A DNA stretch of 64,000 nucleotides from Botryllus schlosseri (lineage: Eukaryota). The translations under genes and the position numbers were made by a program. Positions 25,701 through 40,200 of this stretch are shown piece after piece. The notes beneath the pieces are model-generated. The model made no database searches. It saw only the letters and a list, made by a program, of their open reading frames with translations, and was not told the origin of the DNA. Location of the stretch: contig CM119379.1 of assembly GCA_051294905.1 (NCBI GenBank), forward strand, positions 23,560,001 to 23,624,000, in the 5' to 3' direction. Each line of letters opens with the position of its first letter. The first letter of the stretch is position 1.

Positions 25701-28700
25701 GCTATTTTACTCGTCATTTTCGATGAAAGGAGCAGTATTGTAAAGCGTGTTTTGGCTCATTGCGGATGCTATTGAGTCCTCGTCCTCGCATATCTCGATG
25801 TATGCATTGCATAGTGCATACATGCACTGCACAAGCATAACTTTTTGCCTTAGACAACGATGCAATTTCTTCGTTATTTCGTTACATTGCCAATTGATTG
25901 GTTGAACCAGCGCAGTTCGCCGATTATACTTCCTACATGTGGTGTATTATGATCGCAATGTCTGATTGCGGGCCCAGCTAACGACAATGACCGTATAGCA
26001 GGGGTCACCAACACGCGGTTCGGAAGTCATATTCTGCAGGCCGCGACCTGATTTCAGATTTCGCAAGAACGCTTAGTAAAGCATGTCGAAATGCTCAAAT
26101 TGATTTCAATTTAAAAACAATGTTGTTGTTCAAAATTATGTTATCACCCTGTGCCTTACATCACTTATCCTCACTAGCTGATCCTTATCGGGCTTCGGCG
26201 ATGGTATTAGCATTCAATGGAGGAAGAGTTAGCTGATATGAATGGGCAGATTGCATTGGCGTACAATCGCCCGCGAGGTCGCATTTTACGGCCCGCAACC
26301 TGATTTCAAATTTCGGATGATGCTTAGTAAATTATTTTGAAATGTCGAAATTTATTTCAGTTCAAACATATTGTTGTTGTTGTTGTTGTTCAAATTAAGC
26401 TATTCTGCTGTGCCCAATACCACCATTCCTCACTAGCTGATACAGCTTCGGCGATGGAATAATGTCATTCCGTGGAGGAAGAATTGGACGGAGCATGTTG
26501 CCTTTCCGTGCAACGACCCACCAGCACCGCTAAGACCGTGACGCTTAGAAAGCGATTCGGGCTCCTCAAAGCACCAAGTCTTACGAGGAGATAGTTTTCC
26601 AGCAAGTACCGTGTCTATAGCTAACCCCAATATCGATTATTTAGTCTAAGGGTGGCCAATCTGTGGCAATAGAAGGAAAATTATGCTGCCGTCGACACTA
26701 AATTCGATTACGATGTGTTGGCGGCCGTCAATTCCAAATTGAATTTACGAATTGACTCCCTAATTAATGAGAGGTTTGAATTATTCTTGAAATTTTCTTC
26801 GCGCTACGCGCGGTCTAGTGCGAGTTCATTTTCGAATGTTCTCCTCATCACGAAGAAAATTTGTTTCTGGTAGGCCTGTTTGGGCGAATCGAATATTTTC
26901 CCACTACACCGACAATCCTGGTGGGAGGTCAAGAAATAACAGCATGCAACAAAGGGGACCAATAACAACTGGCCCACTACATATGCAGCACAGCATTAAT
27001 AACTTCCCTAAATGTTCAAAGACACCCCCTGCATCAACTCTACCGGTGAATCTGATCACACGGGCTTAGAAAGGATAACTATTTGATAGTAATATGCGAA
27101 ACTATACTAATATTAATGGCGAAATTGACTCATGAATATGAAAATATTTTTGGCGCACTAGCGCGACTAGAAAACGAATCGCCGTGGCTACACGTTTTGA
27201 GTTGGCGACCCCTGACGTAGAGTATCTTAAATATTCACAAAGGGAAAAGTTGAATATTTCAATCAAACAAAGATGTTGAAAAAACTGGTATAATTGTAAT
27301 TCCCAGAAAAGGTCCACAGCAGTAGACTGTAGAACCTACAAAGGTTCGTTTGTGAACGCGAACCTCCAAATTTCGAAGGTTCGCACCATCCCTACTGTAA
27401 AGCTCTATTAGTCGTATTGCAGCATACGGAACACGTAGTACAAACCTATGTACGTTAGTAGAAATGACATATCTAATACTCGATTCAGAAACGCATGTAC
27501 AATTGTACACTGTACAGTTCAGCCATGAAATTATTGTCATACTGATTTGCGTTATATCGAAGTTAGCGATCTATCCTCCGCACACATTATTCTCTTCAAC
27601 TTGAGGCGTTATTGAGCAATTTGCATTGGATATTACCGAACGTCAATTCTCAACCGCGCGGCGTCAATCCAGCATAAATCAAAAATACCGGTATTGTCAG
27701 TCAACGTACCGAAGGCTTTGGCGCTAAGTATTATGCGACTATTCGCCATTTCCGACTCTCAAAACAACCAAACTATAATTTCAAATAGCGTCGCAATAGT
27801 GTACGAACACGCATAGTGCATTGAAAAAGAACAGCTTGAGACCGATGCTTATCCCACTGCGCGATAAACATAATTAACTTGGGCTGAGCGTTGGAAACCG
27901 GGGTGAAAGTTCGTCGCCTTGTCACGATGACGGCATAGATGAGATTACTACTTCAACCGAACTCAGCATCGGCCGTACGGTCATCAAAATTAGGCAGTTA
28001 CAAGAACTGTATAATACAGACTGCGTCTGCCTCGAATTCTAGGATGGAAAAACTATGAAGTAATATAAGTGCACGGGCGGAAGTGCGCTATGTGCAATGT
28101 GCATTGTGCATTGTGCAATCGTGAATGTACCGTACAATTAAAAATGAATATACTGGATTAACGTTTATCGGATGAGATAGGTGATTTCTGTTTGGATGTA
28201 CACAACTACACGGGTGATTTGTAACTCTCGTAATGAGTTTACATCGTAACGTAATGCAACTCTTGACTGACCGTGACCAGAAGTCCAGACTATATTACGT
28301 AGTGCATAGCGTCGAGATGAGTGTGGATTTGCGTTTAAACAGCTAAGGGTTAATTCCCGATAAAGCCGCCACGGTTTCACGCGACTATTGTAATCTTCCC
28401 CTCACACAATAAAGGTCCATTGCACACCCTTGGTGGACATAGGGCAAGATGTTTGTTAGAAACTCATGAAACACACCCGTGTGCCACATATTCTAAACAT
28501 GAAATTTCATAATAATATATATTAATATATATACGATATATTACGTCAGTACCGAACTTGACGCAACTCAGGTGAACGAAAATCGTACCTGTTATGAGCA
28601 TACTTTTGTACGCTGAGAGCCAGACTGATCATGATATTTCCCGACACCGCCAGAGATATCCCAACCGCCTGTTTCTTTGCATCCCACACGTGCGAGGTTG

Positions 28701-28794
28701 TCCCATTCTCATGCGTTAAGTTTGCGGCACTTTTTCCGAATTCCACATTATCCAAATTTCCAGTAGTTGGCGCAGGCCAGGTCGTACGATCCAT
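19773..28794 (-). CDS. NIPAL2/3: NIPA-like magnesium transporter (NIPAL2/3-like), 6 exons, ~388 aa
   Basis: complement join(28794-28589, 24719-24497, 23934-23789, 21843-21636, 20846-20665, 19974-19773); all GT-AG and in phase; motifs [63 protein letters not shown]. Confidence 0.93.
20553..20648. repeat. Perfect 48-bp tandem duplication in NIPAL intron 5
   Basis: CAATACAGCCAATCAGTATAGTCCACGGTCCGCCACTAAGTTAACCAA x2. Confidence 0.95.
22178..23431. mobile_element. 1.25-kb non-autonomous hAT (Buster/Charlie-like termini) in NIPAL intron 3
   Basis: TIR CAGTGGGTCCCAA/TTGGGAACCACTG; exact TSD CTCTAGCA; inverted homologue at ~43020-44149. Confidence 0.9.
24896..25558. mobile_element. Palindromic (foldback) hAT MITE in NIPAL intron 1
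   Basis: TAGGGCTCTTCAAAA/TTTTGAAGAACCCTA termini; ATGTACA direct repeat flanks; ~310-bp arms, ~35-nt spacer. Confidence 0.9.
26649..27213. mobile_element. hAT-type MITE, inverted relative of 622-1471
   Basis: Shared GCCGTCGACAC..TTGGCGGCCGTC and GACAATCCTG(G/A)TGGGA..TCAAGAAATAACAGCATG segments. Confidence 0.65.
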
Positions 28795-31700
28795 AAACGA
28801 AAATTAGTTATAGTCCCATCTTGATAATACTGGAACAATTTCCTATCGACTAAGGCGAATAAATTCTGCGATATTGTAATCAGGTTAAGAAAATGAGCAC
28901 TATCCATGCGCTTCCGCGATTACGTAGCTTGCTACACTAAGCGAGCTGTTCCTTGAGAGTGTATTCACTGCAACTGCATCACTCGCACTGGCATGATCAT
29001 AACTTCCATCACGCTAAGCACACTTTGCAATGTAATATAATCCAATGGCAATACATACCCGAAACCAACTTCCCAAGCAGCGGAAGTTACCATCACGAAT
29101 AAGCGCTGATAATCCCCTAAAGCTCTAGTATTAAACAAACCTCCAGATAAGAGGAAGGTTCCTGCGCCTAATGGAAACAATACAAACTATAAACCTTTCG
29201 TACCGAGGTATACGTAAAAAAGATACAGTCAACCGATGTCAAATACACTCTTCGTCTGCAGCTTAAAATATCCTATGCACTCCCGCGAACATCGTTCTTA
29301 CTAGCTGTGCTTTCGGTTCGGCTCGTGGTAGATCACAGTCACAGCAATGAGCTCGGGATTGATCCTCGCTATCGCAGCGCTCTGAGTCCTGCGAGTGACG
29401 AAACCAGCTGGGAAGCCAGTTGCCACGTTGTCAGTCACTGGATTCGGTAATGTCAGACTGCGTTGCGCATTTGTATTAATAACTAAAGTATACCGGTTAG
29501 TGTAACTGTTCATTACTGTCACTCGTGAAGTGCAATGCGCCTTACCTATATGAATATACTATTCGATTGTATATTGAAGTTCTGTACCTCCAAGAAGCCG
29601 TTGTTGACCTATATATTTGTACAATGAATAATCATACAATCCGCAGTCAATTGTTGATTGTTGTGTGCATTCGTTAATCGCCACAGTTTCAAAACAGCCA
29701 TGCCCAACCCATGATTACGAAGTCAGTCAGTTATTTATTGATATTTTTATCCATTCAAAAACACCACAAGAAGTGCGATATAATCAAATGACAGGCGGTT
29801 GCATGTCAAAACGACTTGGAGTAGTCTTTTAATCATACATTCAGAAACCTAGAGCAGGATTGTCAGACTCGACGTTGGTCGCGGGCCGGATTCAATACGT
29901 TTAATCGCTCGTGGGCCGGGCCAGTCAAATGATTCTATATATGTTACGACTTACCACCAAATCCTTTGTTTTTCACTGAAATGCTATATTATCAAAACCT
30001 ATACATCATATTCATATTCATAATGTTGCGGATCACAATAGCAACACCTTTGTTCACCAACAGTTAAATTGTCAAAAATACTATTATTGAACGATTGAAG
30101 ACAGTAAGAGGCCGCTAAAACACTAGCTCCAACGACGAACTTATTTGGCGTATTTCTATGCTTTCCTTGTTTTCGTAGTGATGCGACCCTGGGCCTTCCG
30201 AATGTGCTGTGGGGAAAACAACAGATATAGGGTAGGCCTAATGTTAAAAGCGGACGTTGGAATTCGAGTTTCTTTGGTGGTTGGGGACCTACTGACTCAG
30301 AAGTTATATAGCAGTGCGGCACAGAAATTTGAAGTATATTCCTTGCGTAACTATTATGTTATGCGTGGAACTTGTACAATACGGTTTCGTATTGGCGTTT
30401 TATGGTCGATTGCCCCAGAAAATCCTGAACTGACTGAGCAGTGAGCACTGAGCAGAGCTCTTTCCCTTTCTGGAATTTCGTGACCCTGTCACCGACCTGG
30501 TCGTAATGGTAACTAGCGTGTTTGCAAATTTACTGATCGAAAAGTTACAGCAGCTACCACAAGACAATAATTGCTGCAGCAAATTTCACTTCATTTCCGT
30601 CCTCATCGATGTAGCCTACTGTGCAGCATGGTTTGAAGCTTTGTTAATATCTTTACGATCGATGTCACACGAAGTCGGTGCCAGCTGGCTTATGAGACAC
30701 GAAATTGACAATACAATAAAAGGCGCTTCATAAAATACGTTTAATATGGATTCTGAGCAGTCTACTGGCAATATGGTAAATCTGTTACTGTGGTAGTTTA
30801 TAATATAATTTGTGTAAAACATAGCAGTTGGCATTATGAGATATGCTACTCAGAAAGAGATATGGGGTCACTTGACATTTATAATACCTTAGCAATGATA
30901 TCTCTGATAGAAAATATATCGCTCTGATGATTTTGCAGTATGATTCTGGGCCTATTACATGTTTATGACAGCACGCATCACTGGTGTGATGATATTTACT
31001 ACATGATGTTAATAGAGGTCAGTGGCTTAGCATTATATTTTGCTGCTGTTTTACTGTACCAAATAAAATTATTACAACACAGGTTTTCCAAACTATGAAT
31101 GCCCCTGGTTGTGCTTTCCGTGATTACCACGAGCAAGGGAATGCCTGCACTGAATAGCCTCGATAATTCGATTTACCTTTAGCCATTTTGCGGAACGCCA
31201 AGGTTGTAATAACTCGAGTCGCAGGTTTTCGTTGACTCAACTTGACTCGAGTCACTTTCTTAAAAATGGAAAATCGCTCGACTCGAGTCAATTTATGCAG
31301 TGACTCGACTTGTATTCGAGACATGGCTCATGACTCGACCGAGTCATATGACTTATACTCATTCTATATGACTTATTCAATCAGAAATGATGATTGAAAA
31401 ATAATTCCAGAAACAGTATTTTATTTGTTTGAATAAACGTCCGAAGAGTGGGAAAATGAGTATATTATGAATGTGAATTGTGAAGCCTTCGATATCACCA
31501 ACGAATTTTACAGAAGCGAGTTGAACCTGAAGTGAACTCGATAATGAACGGTAAACAGTAAACCCTTGGACTTGGAGTCGACCCATTGCTTCTTGACTTC
31601 ACTCGGTGGTGAAATGAAAATGACTCGACTTGACTAGAGTCAAAACTATAAGAGTCAAAATGACTTGTGAGTCGGAACCTAGTGGCTTGGATACAACCCT

Positions 31701-32158
31701 GCGGAACACCATATATTTATAAAATGGAATGAACAGCATAACATTCATAATAGATATCTTACATTCATTCCATTCTCTGTGACATATCTGAGTCTGTCAG
31801 CATAACCACACGTTTGATAACTTGGCTTGCAGCCACCGCATGTGTCATTATCGGTGTATGTATCAACGGTTATAATATTTTCATCCGGTCAGAACACACT
31901 GTGTACAATACGATGTAATGAACAAATAGAGTTGTAATAATCAAAAACATATCAATCCATCTCGGCCCACTGATATCACTCGTAATAATGCTCGAAGTAG
32001 CGGTGTTCGATTTTGATCTTTCGCTGTCATTCTTGTTGACACATTTCCTCGCTCTTCGCATTCTCTTTCCTCGTATTCGTGCACCATTGAGTATGTATGT
32101 GAACTTTTTGTAAAGACGACGTAACATACACCTCTGACATTACGATTCGTGCTGCAGC

Positions 32159-33330
32159 CAGGGCATGGTATTGTATGGTATGGTATGGAAGGATGGTATG
32201 GTATGGAACGAAATTTCGGTATGGAATATGGAAATATCAAGTTTGGTATGGTATGGCATTTTTCTAGCATGGTATGGAATTCTTTTTCCATGCATCCATT
32301 CTTTGGCAGTTTTGCCAGAACCATGACATTGATCCTACTTTCGGTTTGTCAAATCGACTCCATACCTCAGAAAATCGTTCGCTGACAGGTCTACGTTGAT
32401 ATCTCAAACTGCGAATCAGAGTCACGCATTCCGATAGTCATCTATTTGAAGATAAAATGTTGTACAACGCGCATATGAAGGAAAAAATAATGATAATTAT
32501 TCCAATCTGAACACCATAAAAAGTACCACTCGATATCCGACCGCCGTGGCGTTACAGCTTACATTTCGCTTATCGTAACTTCCACTTCGTATACTACCAA
32601 GAGGAGTTTTAAAATCGTTGGCTCCGAGAATGTAGCAGTTATGTTTAACTTTGGAATCATTTCCCGTGCTTTGCTCATATGATCATCACGCAATATGTTA
32701 CGCCATGTCGGCCTCCAACACGCATCGTAACTCCATTAAATTTTGTTATCCCTGATGACAGAATGGACACCCTGATGTGAGCTAATGAAGCTAATGAGCA
32801 TGACCCACACATTGGTGAGGGAATCAGTCATGTGACCCGCTGTCGCCAAATCCCTGATGATTTGCAGCGATGTGAAATTGTATTCCAAGATATATTCTAT
32901 TGGGGCACTACCTTTGTTCTACGTCATTCTGTATATATGATATCTCCTTATTACTGCTAGCGGCGCGTTTTACCACACTCGTTTCACATGTCATGAGCTG
33001 CTGTTGCCATTCACAAATATTCTGGTATATATTTTACGTTCCGCCTTCAATGGTAAGGCAATCTACATCGCTGACACATGCCACAAAGAAATTGGGGATT
33101 AAATAGGTGCATCAGGGGTATTTAAATTAATGATTTCATCCAAAGTAATTAGAATATTAATGCCGGAAAAATTCCATTCGTCAAAAATAGAATATTATCC
33201 GAGAGGTTGGACAACTGTGAAAGTATGGAAAAATGTTGCTATGGTATAGAAAATTGTAAGTATTGTATGGAACGATTGATGCAGGTATGGAGTATGGAAA
33301 TGTCCCATTCTATACCATACCATGCCGTAG
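32159..33330. repeat. MITE-like element with (ATGGT)n arrays
   Basis: CAGGGCATGGTA at the left end, TACCATACCATGCC at the right end; TSD not resolved. Confidence 0.5.
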
Positions 33331-34249
33331 CCAGGACTTCAGATGCAGTTTGGCGATTACGATGTATTGGCCACTGTGCCTACTTTCCCGCATATGTGTG
33401 GCGCATTTAACCACACTTCCGTGAATACATGACAATGAATGGAGAAAATCACGATGGAACGTTCACGCCGGGATTAGTGGATAAATATTTCCGTGAAAGA
33501 TAAGAAATTGAAGTTTAATAGACAGCGCAACAGAGGTGGCGATGATGAGGTTGGATAACTTCCGCCACGCATTTTGTTATCACATCAAATCCATCATCAT
33601 AGACGTCACTTTGGCAGTTTTTACATTTTGACAGGAGTAAAGATGATTATTGTCTCTTTAAAAAACCCTAAGCCATCACAAATCAACCATGAAATCGTCT
33701 TTGTGGCTGTATCAGGAATGAACTTGTCTGATCTCAATAACAATAGCATTCACTATTGCTTTTAGAGATTTGGCGAACTAATATTTATTACGTTCTCACT
33801 AACAAATCGCCGCGATAGAAGCTGGCTGAATTGAGGGGTCCTCTGAAAACAGCGTGCCTTGCGAAAAGCCGCCACTCGACTCGCGGACATACCTACAAAT
33901 GTTAAATGTATAACATTGTTCAAGACCACGGAGATTCCGAGTGCTCCAATGAGCAGTCTATTGATTGCTTTATAATACTGATAGCTCCTTGATCAGGTGA
34001 GCGTGTAATCCTACCGTAATGCGTTCTGCTTTTGCATGAATGAAAACATTACTAACAATTGACGCATTCAATCACCGTCGCAATGCTGATCTCTGTCGTC
34101 AATAGGATAGCATTGGAATAGAATTGTGTGAGTTAGAATTCCAGTCAAGGAAACAAAATTTCAACATGGTAATTTTGCAAAAAGTGTGATCATTCCGACG
34201 AAGTGAATATATTTGGACACTGCGCTGGAAGTACAAACAACCGCAAATC

Positions 34250-37200
34250 ATGGATGTAGCGAATATTGAAGATATTGTTGCCAATGATTTGTTTATTCAC
34301 GCCAAAAATGGCGTCGAGAACCGGAAGAAATATGTAAAGAAAGTTCGTTTCCCAGGTATTAAATCCCAGACTGCTGATTACGACGTAAGAGCCTATGCAA
34401 GAAAATGATGACCGGCTAATGAGGCATATCTGAGATTTGGTTGTAATATCAGATTTATAGATAATAATTGTATGACCTAGAAGTATTGGGACTGGGTAAC
34501 ATGGTGCATAACTCACAACTATAGTTATCGTGCAACTTTTCCCCAAATACTATGTAAATCGCAAATATGCTCCTGGTCCCAACATACCTAAGTGACGATT
34601 TATACTTACCGAATAACCCAAGAGTAGTTGTAATCGTGGTATCGGCACTGCATGTGAGTCACTATACAGACTATCCTACTCTAAGGTCAGTGTGCCTGAA
34701 TCAATGGCTTCGGATGTCCTGTGCCATTACCAAGTCGCTGACGGACAAACGGAACCGTTACCATAGCTTCTATTTCTCTATTCTTCTGTGTTCTAGCCAG
34801 TCAAGAAGGCCTTATGTCCTTAGCCTTTATAACTCGTTTTAATACAAGTTTATTTTATACGAAACTTCCTATTTGCATGACGATGGATGTACGGTAAGAT
34901 CCAACAGGCTCCTTGCTCTTATTCAGATGATTCGATTTGCGCCAAAACGCTAGAACGCGTGAAAGCGAAGCTTAATGCGAACAAGGGTTCAGAAACAGAA
35001 GAGCAATACCAGTTTCGGCAAATGTGCTTAGTTGAACCAATCGGTAACAAGTTATTTCGGGAATATTCTACCAAAAGTGATAAAGGCACCAAAAATGCTT
35101 CTGATTTCCTTTTGGCGGTGGAGGAATACGAGGTATGTTCAATTGTTCAACCGCCTGTTGTCTTTGAATACAAGGGAAACGATACACAATAGGTATAGTA
35201 TTGAGAGATGGTGCAAAATCAGAGACGGAATTACAGGAATTTTGATATTGTGTGTAGATTCACTTCCCTTAGAGTTTTGTAAAAAATGAAAATGAATTTA
35301 AGACGCCAGTGTTTAAAACAAGGTTGATGTTTAAAAAGAGAATTTGACTGATTTAATTGACATATAACCTGGCTGTTGTCTGGTATTTCTATTTCAAGTC
35401 GACCTTACACTCACGCTTGTGGGTTTTTCGAATGTATTTTAGGCCAATTTTTATATTATTATGCCGGCAATATTTTTTAAATTAAAACAGTGGTTTTTAA
35501 CCTTAGAAACCCGGTGAACCCTTACGCTGATCAGTAAGCCTTCTGGGTACCACGAATTTCCGCTGAGTAAAAAAAATCAACCGCAATACATGTCTAACGA
35601 CACATAGGCTATAATATGTACATTATTACCAACATTTTATATATTACTATAGTATACTAGTGCACTGTTATGTTCTTGATCTTGTTTGAACAATAACTCA
35701 ATGCGACGAGGTTGCAATAAGAAATCAGTATATTATCAGCAGTATAACTTTACGGCAGCGACACGATCCAGAGTGCAGTTAAATAAAAGACCACGAGACA
35801 ACAGAACACAGGGTATAAATACAAGCACGACACACGAGGAAATAATGATTGGCGGTAATTACTAATCCTATAGAAAGAAAGAGTTGTACGACACTAAAAC
35901 GTAAATGCACGAACATAACATGCACAACACGAACTGTGCATAAATAGAATATAAAACCAATAAAATATGATGAACAGTATCATTATAATGAATATTTATT
36001 GCTAATCAGTGCAGCTGCTGCTGTTCCCTTTCAGAGATCAGTCCAGAAATTCAGTCGAGAATGAAAATCTAGTTCGAACCCCAACTACCACCCCTGTCTG
36101 TGCCACTACACACGGCGTGCCAGTTACAATTCCACTATTCACCGCGCCTATTCGTCTGTGACCATTGTGGGCCTAGACGGGCGTGTCAATGAGAAGAGAG
36201 TGTCTCTTAGGGAACCCCGGTTAACACCACTGGTTTAAAAAATTGTTTAAAACGTATTTTTAAACACGCTTTGTTTTAAATCCAACCAGCTGTCAAGTTT
36301 ATCCCACCATCAAATACTGAGCACGAACGCGTTTCAAAAGTTGCAATATCACAATTGACAGCTCGACCCAGAAGCTGGAAGCCGAGAGGCAAAACTGAAA
36401 GGTATCGTATCAAACTACTTGAATGCTGAAGGAGCTGCTCATCTCAATTACATTTCCGACGATGCGAAAGCCCCTTTGATAACAGCGATTAAATCAGGTA
36501 GAACCAGCAGGAATTTTCTAGTTCTAACAAGACGTAACAGTAATTTTGTAATTCTAGCGAAGTACCATGTAGTGAACATCATCGCCATATGCCCTATTAA
36601 CATTTTGAGATGAGATACTTTGAGATAGCTTTTAGTATGTGTCGTGCAGGTAGGCCTGATGTGAGTCGGCGTCTTTACAACAATCTCGGGGAAAGGTCCG
36701 GGGAAGGACGATGTAAAAGCGAATGAAAATAGCAAGCCAAAGGATCTAACTATAGATTGCTAACCTAAGTTAGTGATATATCGTATAACATAGAAAGACA
36801 GCCGAAAGATAAAGATCGAACACTATTGCATTGGGCATTAGGCCGAGGTGGATGCTATATTGAGATACCGTAACTTATCGTTTCTACGCCTCCTATGATC
36901 TGATTACTACATCGCATTATGTCTTGTGTATCACATTGTAGCCTACAACGCGTTTCTTATCGGATAAAACTAATACAACCGCTGATAATTCCAATAACTA
37001 TTAATATTTTTATATTTGAAGTATACTGAACGTGCATCTTTCCAGCAGGAACTGATGAGGGTTTATCTGCCCTCGCCAGTTTATCATTGGAAAATATGCA
37101 AAACGAAAAGGTCTTCAATGAGTGTATCAGACAAGCTTTGGACCTCGGCAAGTCGGAAGTGATATCGTACATGGCTAAAGAAGTGTTTAAGAAGTACAAA

Positions 37201-40200
37201 GAATCGGAAGAGTTTCGCACGTATCTAAAGTGGAAATACATCGAAGGCGACCAAGCGAACGAAAGCTGCTTCACCCAATTTCGTCTTCTCGGGAGGGGCG
37301 GCTTTGGAGAAGTGTACGCCTATCAGGTAGACACGCACTAAATCTTTGATAGGAAAACGACATTGGAAATCAAAATGAACTTGCCACTAGCCAGACCTAG
37401 CTAAGATCAGTACTGTTGGCGGCACTATCTGTAGGTTTACAAAATAATCCTGGGTAGGCAATCGGTATGATTTTTGAAAGAGTAAAATTCATATGGTCTT
37501 GTTCATACGTCAAGCGTGGTTGCCCACCGAATAATTGTATGGCCTAGGCCCTAGGCTCCCAAGCACATACGTCTCAGCGTGCATAACTTTGAACGGAAGT
37601 GTTTACGAGACATCAATACGGATGGTGCGCCGTTCCAGGACTGATTGGGCCGTTCATAGTAATTGAGTCTATGACCAATTGACCATTGACCAGCCATCCG
37701 TAGTCCACTTCTCCTCCACTCCTGCTTAGTTTGGATATTTTATCATTTCTTATGTTGTTGGGGATGCTGCATGAGTTGCCGTAAATAGGCTCATTGGTAT
37801 ATCGGACACCCATCGTAGACATATTTATCAATCGACGGTTACACCATAGTGTCCTATATGGTGTCGACACAAGCAAATCTCACGCCTCAGTGAAATTGTA
37901 TCACGTCACAATTTCCATTTGGCTACAGGCAATTTGTCGGTCATTTTTGACCGGCTTGTCGAGCATTGAATTTGGTAAAACGGATATCAATCGAAAGCCG
38001 ACTCTGCACTGAATACGAAAATATAAATTTTATTCCGCTCGCATCCCCGAAACCACCACAATCAGCCTCGAATTTTTCATTGTTATGGAGATTGGCATTG
38101 GGACGCAACAATGCTGTCTAGCGAAACGAGAGAGTAGCTCAAGAGGAAAAGAGCCAGACAGCATTGTTGCGTCCCAATGCCAATCTCCATAACAATGAAA
38201 AATTCGAGGCTGATTGTGGGGGTTCCAGGGACGCGAACGGAATAAAATTTATATTTTCGTAATCAGTGCAGAGTCGGCTTTCGATTGATATCCGTTTTAC
38301 CAAATTTAATGCTCGGCAAGCCGGTCAAAAATGACCGTCAAATTGCCTGTAGCCAAATGGAAATTGTGACGTGATACAATTTCACTGAGGCGTGAGATTT
38401 GCTTGTGTCGACACCATATAGGACACTATGGTTACACCGATCACAAAAAAATGCACGAATGAATGTGTTTATCAATGCGAGCCAATGTGCATTTGTTACG
38501 AAATGAACTAATGCGATTTTATAAACCAGATTTTATAATGCCACATAATCACTGTACGATTCACCGTTGTCATTCGTATCAGGAACACTTGACAGGAACG
38601 CTTTACGCGTGCAAGAAAATTGACAAGAAACGGATGAAGAAGAAAAATGCGGAGCATACAATTCTTATCGAGAAGGAGGTTTTAGAGCGAGTTAACAGGT
38701 GCAGATTCTGATTCTTTACCAGTAATATTTACAAGAATGTAACACAAACATATTTCAGTCGTTTCGTAGTTACGTTGTACTACGCATATCAAAGTAAGAA
38801 AGAACTGAATCTCATAATGACGCTTCTATCAGGAGGGGATCTGAAGTTTCATATTTACGAAGTAGGTGAGTCGTGGCATGTAGCGTCTCTGCTCAAAAAT
38901 GCACATGTATTAGAAAATTGATGAATTTATAGTCGACTAGTTGATGAACTATTACAAAGAACCGGTGGCATCAAACCGTGTAATCTATTGATAGGTCAAC
39001 GGAAGTCGTTCATCTGCCCATTCTAACTTGAGAAACTCTCACTATAAAAATCCAGTAGTTGAAGATGGTCATTAGAATTTTTGCTGCGTTTTCTCCATAA
39101 AGTATTCCTCGCGCAGCACTTCTGCTGTCGAATCTGATTCTGAGGTGATTCTGTGCATTGCTTTCACGGATGACCAATGACCATGCCAGTCATGCACTCA
39201 TGGCATGCATATGCGCAGATAGTGTGTATGTCTATCATGAGTCGGTGTATATGCCGCAAAAACATCAAGGACAAAAATAAATCACGTCCGTTCCGTCCGT
39301 TCCTATTGGCACCTTAAGAGATATTTGTCATTTTATCATGTAATTCTGAGTATTTCTTTTTCTGCTCTCAAGTTTTCTCTATTTGAAAAGTTTCTGGCAT
39401 CACGTTGCATAACTACCAGAGTTGCCGTACATCAAACGTGCGTATTAGGTTAGTTATGGCAAAAGCCGTTTAAAAGCCATGCCGTTCGTCAAAGCAGGGT
39501 GCTTATTGCTATTTATAAGAAATTATTGAGACATTTACAGTCAGTAATCTTCTCATCTAGCATCTAACAAATAAAACAAGTAACAGATACTACATACTAT
39601 AATTAATGTGTGGCTCTTATGAAACGGGACATTGTTTTCAAACAGACCGAAAAAATAAAGGCGTCAGTCCTGAACGCTGCAAAATATACTCCGCCCAAAT
39701 TACCATGGCCATGGAACACTTGCACTCCGAGAACATTCTGTACAGAGACATGAAACCGGAGAATGTATTGCTAGACAGTAGAGGTAACTGCAGAGTAGCC
39801 GATTTAGGATTGGCATGCATATTGCAAGAGAATGAGAAGACCTCAGGTAATGTTTCAGCCTTTACGATGCTTTTCGGTTGATGTGCGTAATAAGTCAAGA
39901 CTTCTGCTTGGTTGATTCTGTGCGTTATTATTAGATTCATATTCGTTTTCCAAATATAGGCCTACGTAGGTTAGTTATCGGTAGTCCAGCAATTGCAACT
40001 GAACTGCGTGCAGACAAGTTATATATAGCCTTTGCGTCCCATACGAGTGGGGATTAAGGATTTGCTATCGACATTGTTTGTTAATGCGACGTTATAGTGA
40101 TGATCGATTTCGATCGATACATAGTAGACGACGATCAATAAATAAACAGGTAAAGCCGGTACACTGGGGTACATGCCCCCGGAGATGTTGAACAATAGCG

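Noticed and set aside
32850-32890. CCCTGATGA...GAAA spacing like a hammerhead
   Set aside because: No 10.1-11.1 closing pair (T/T) and no convincing stem I
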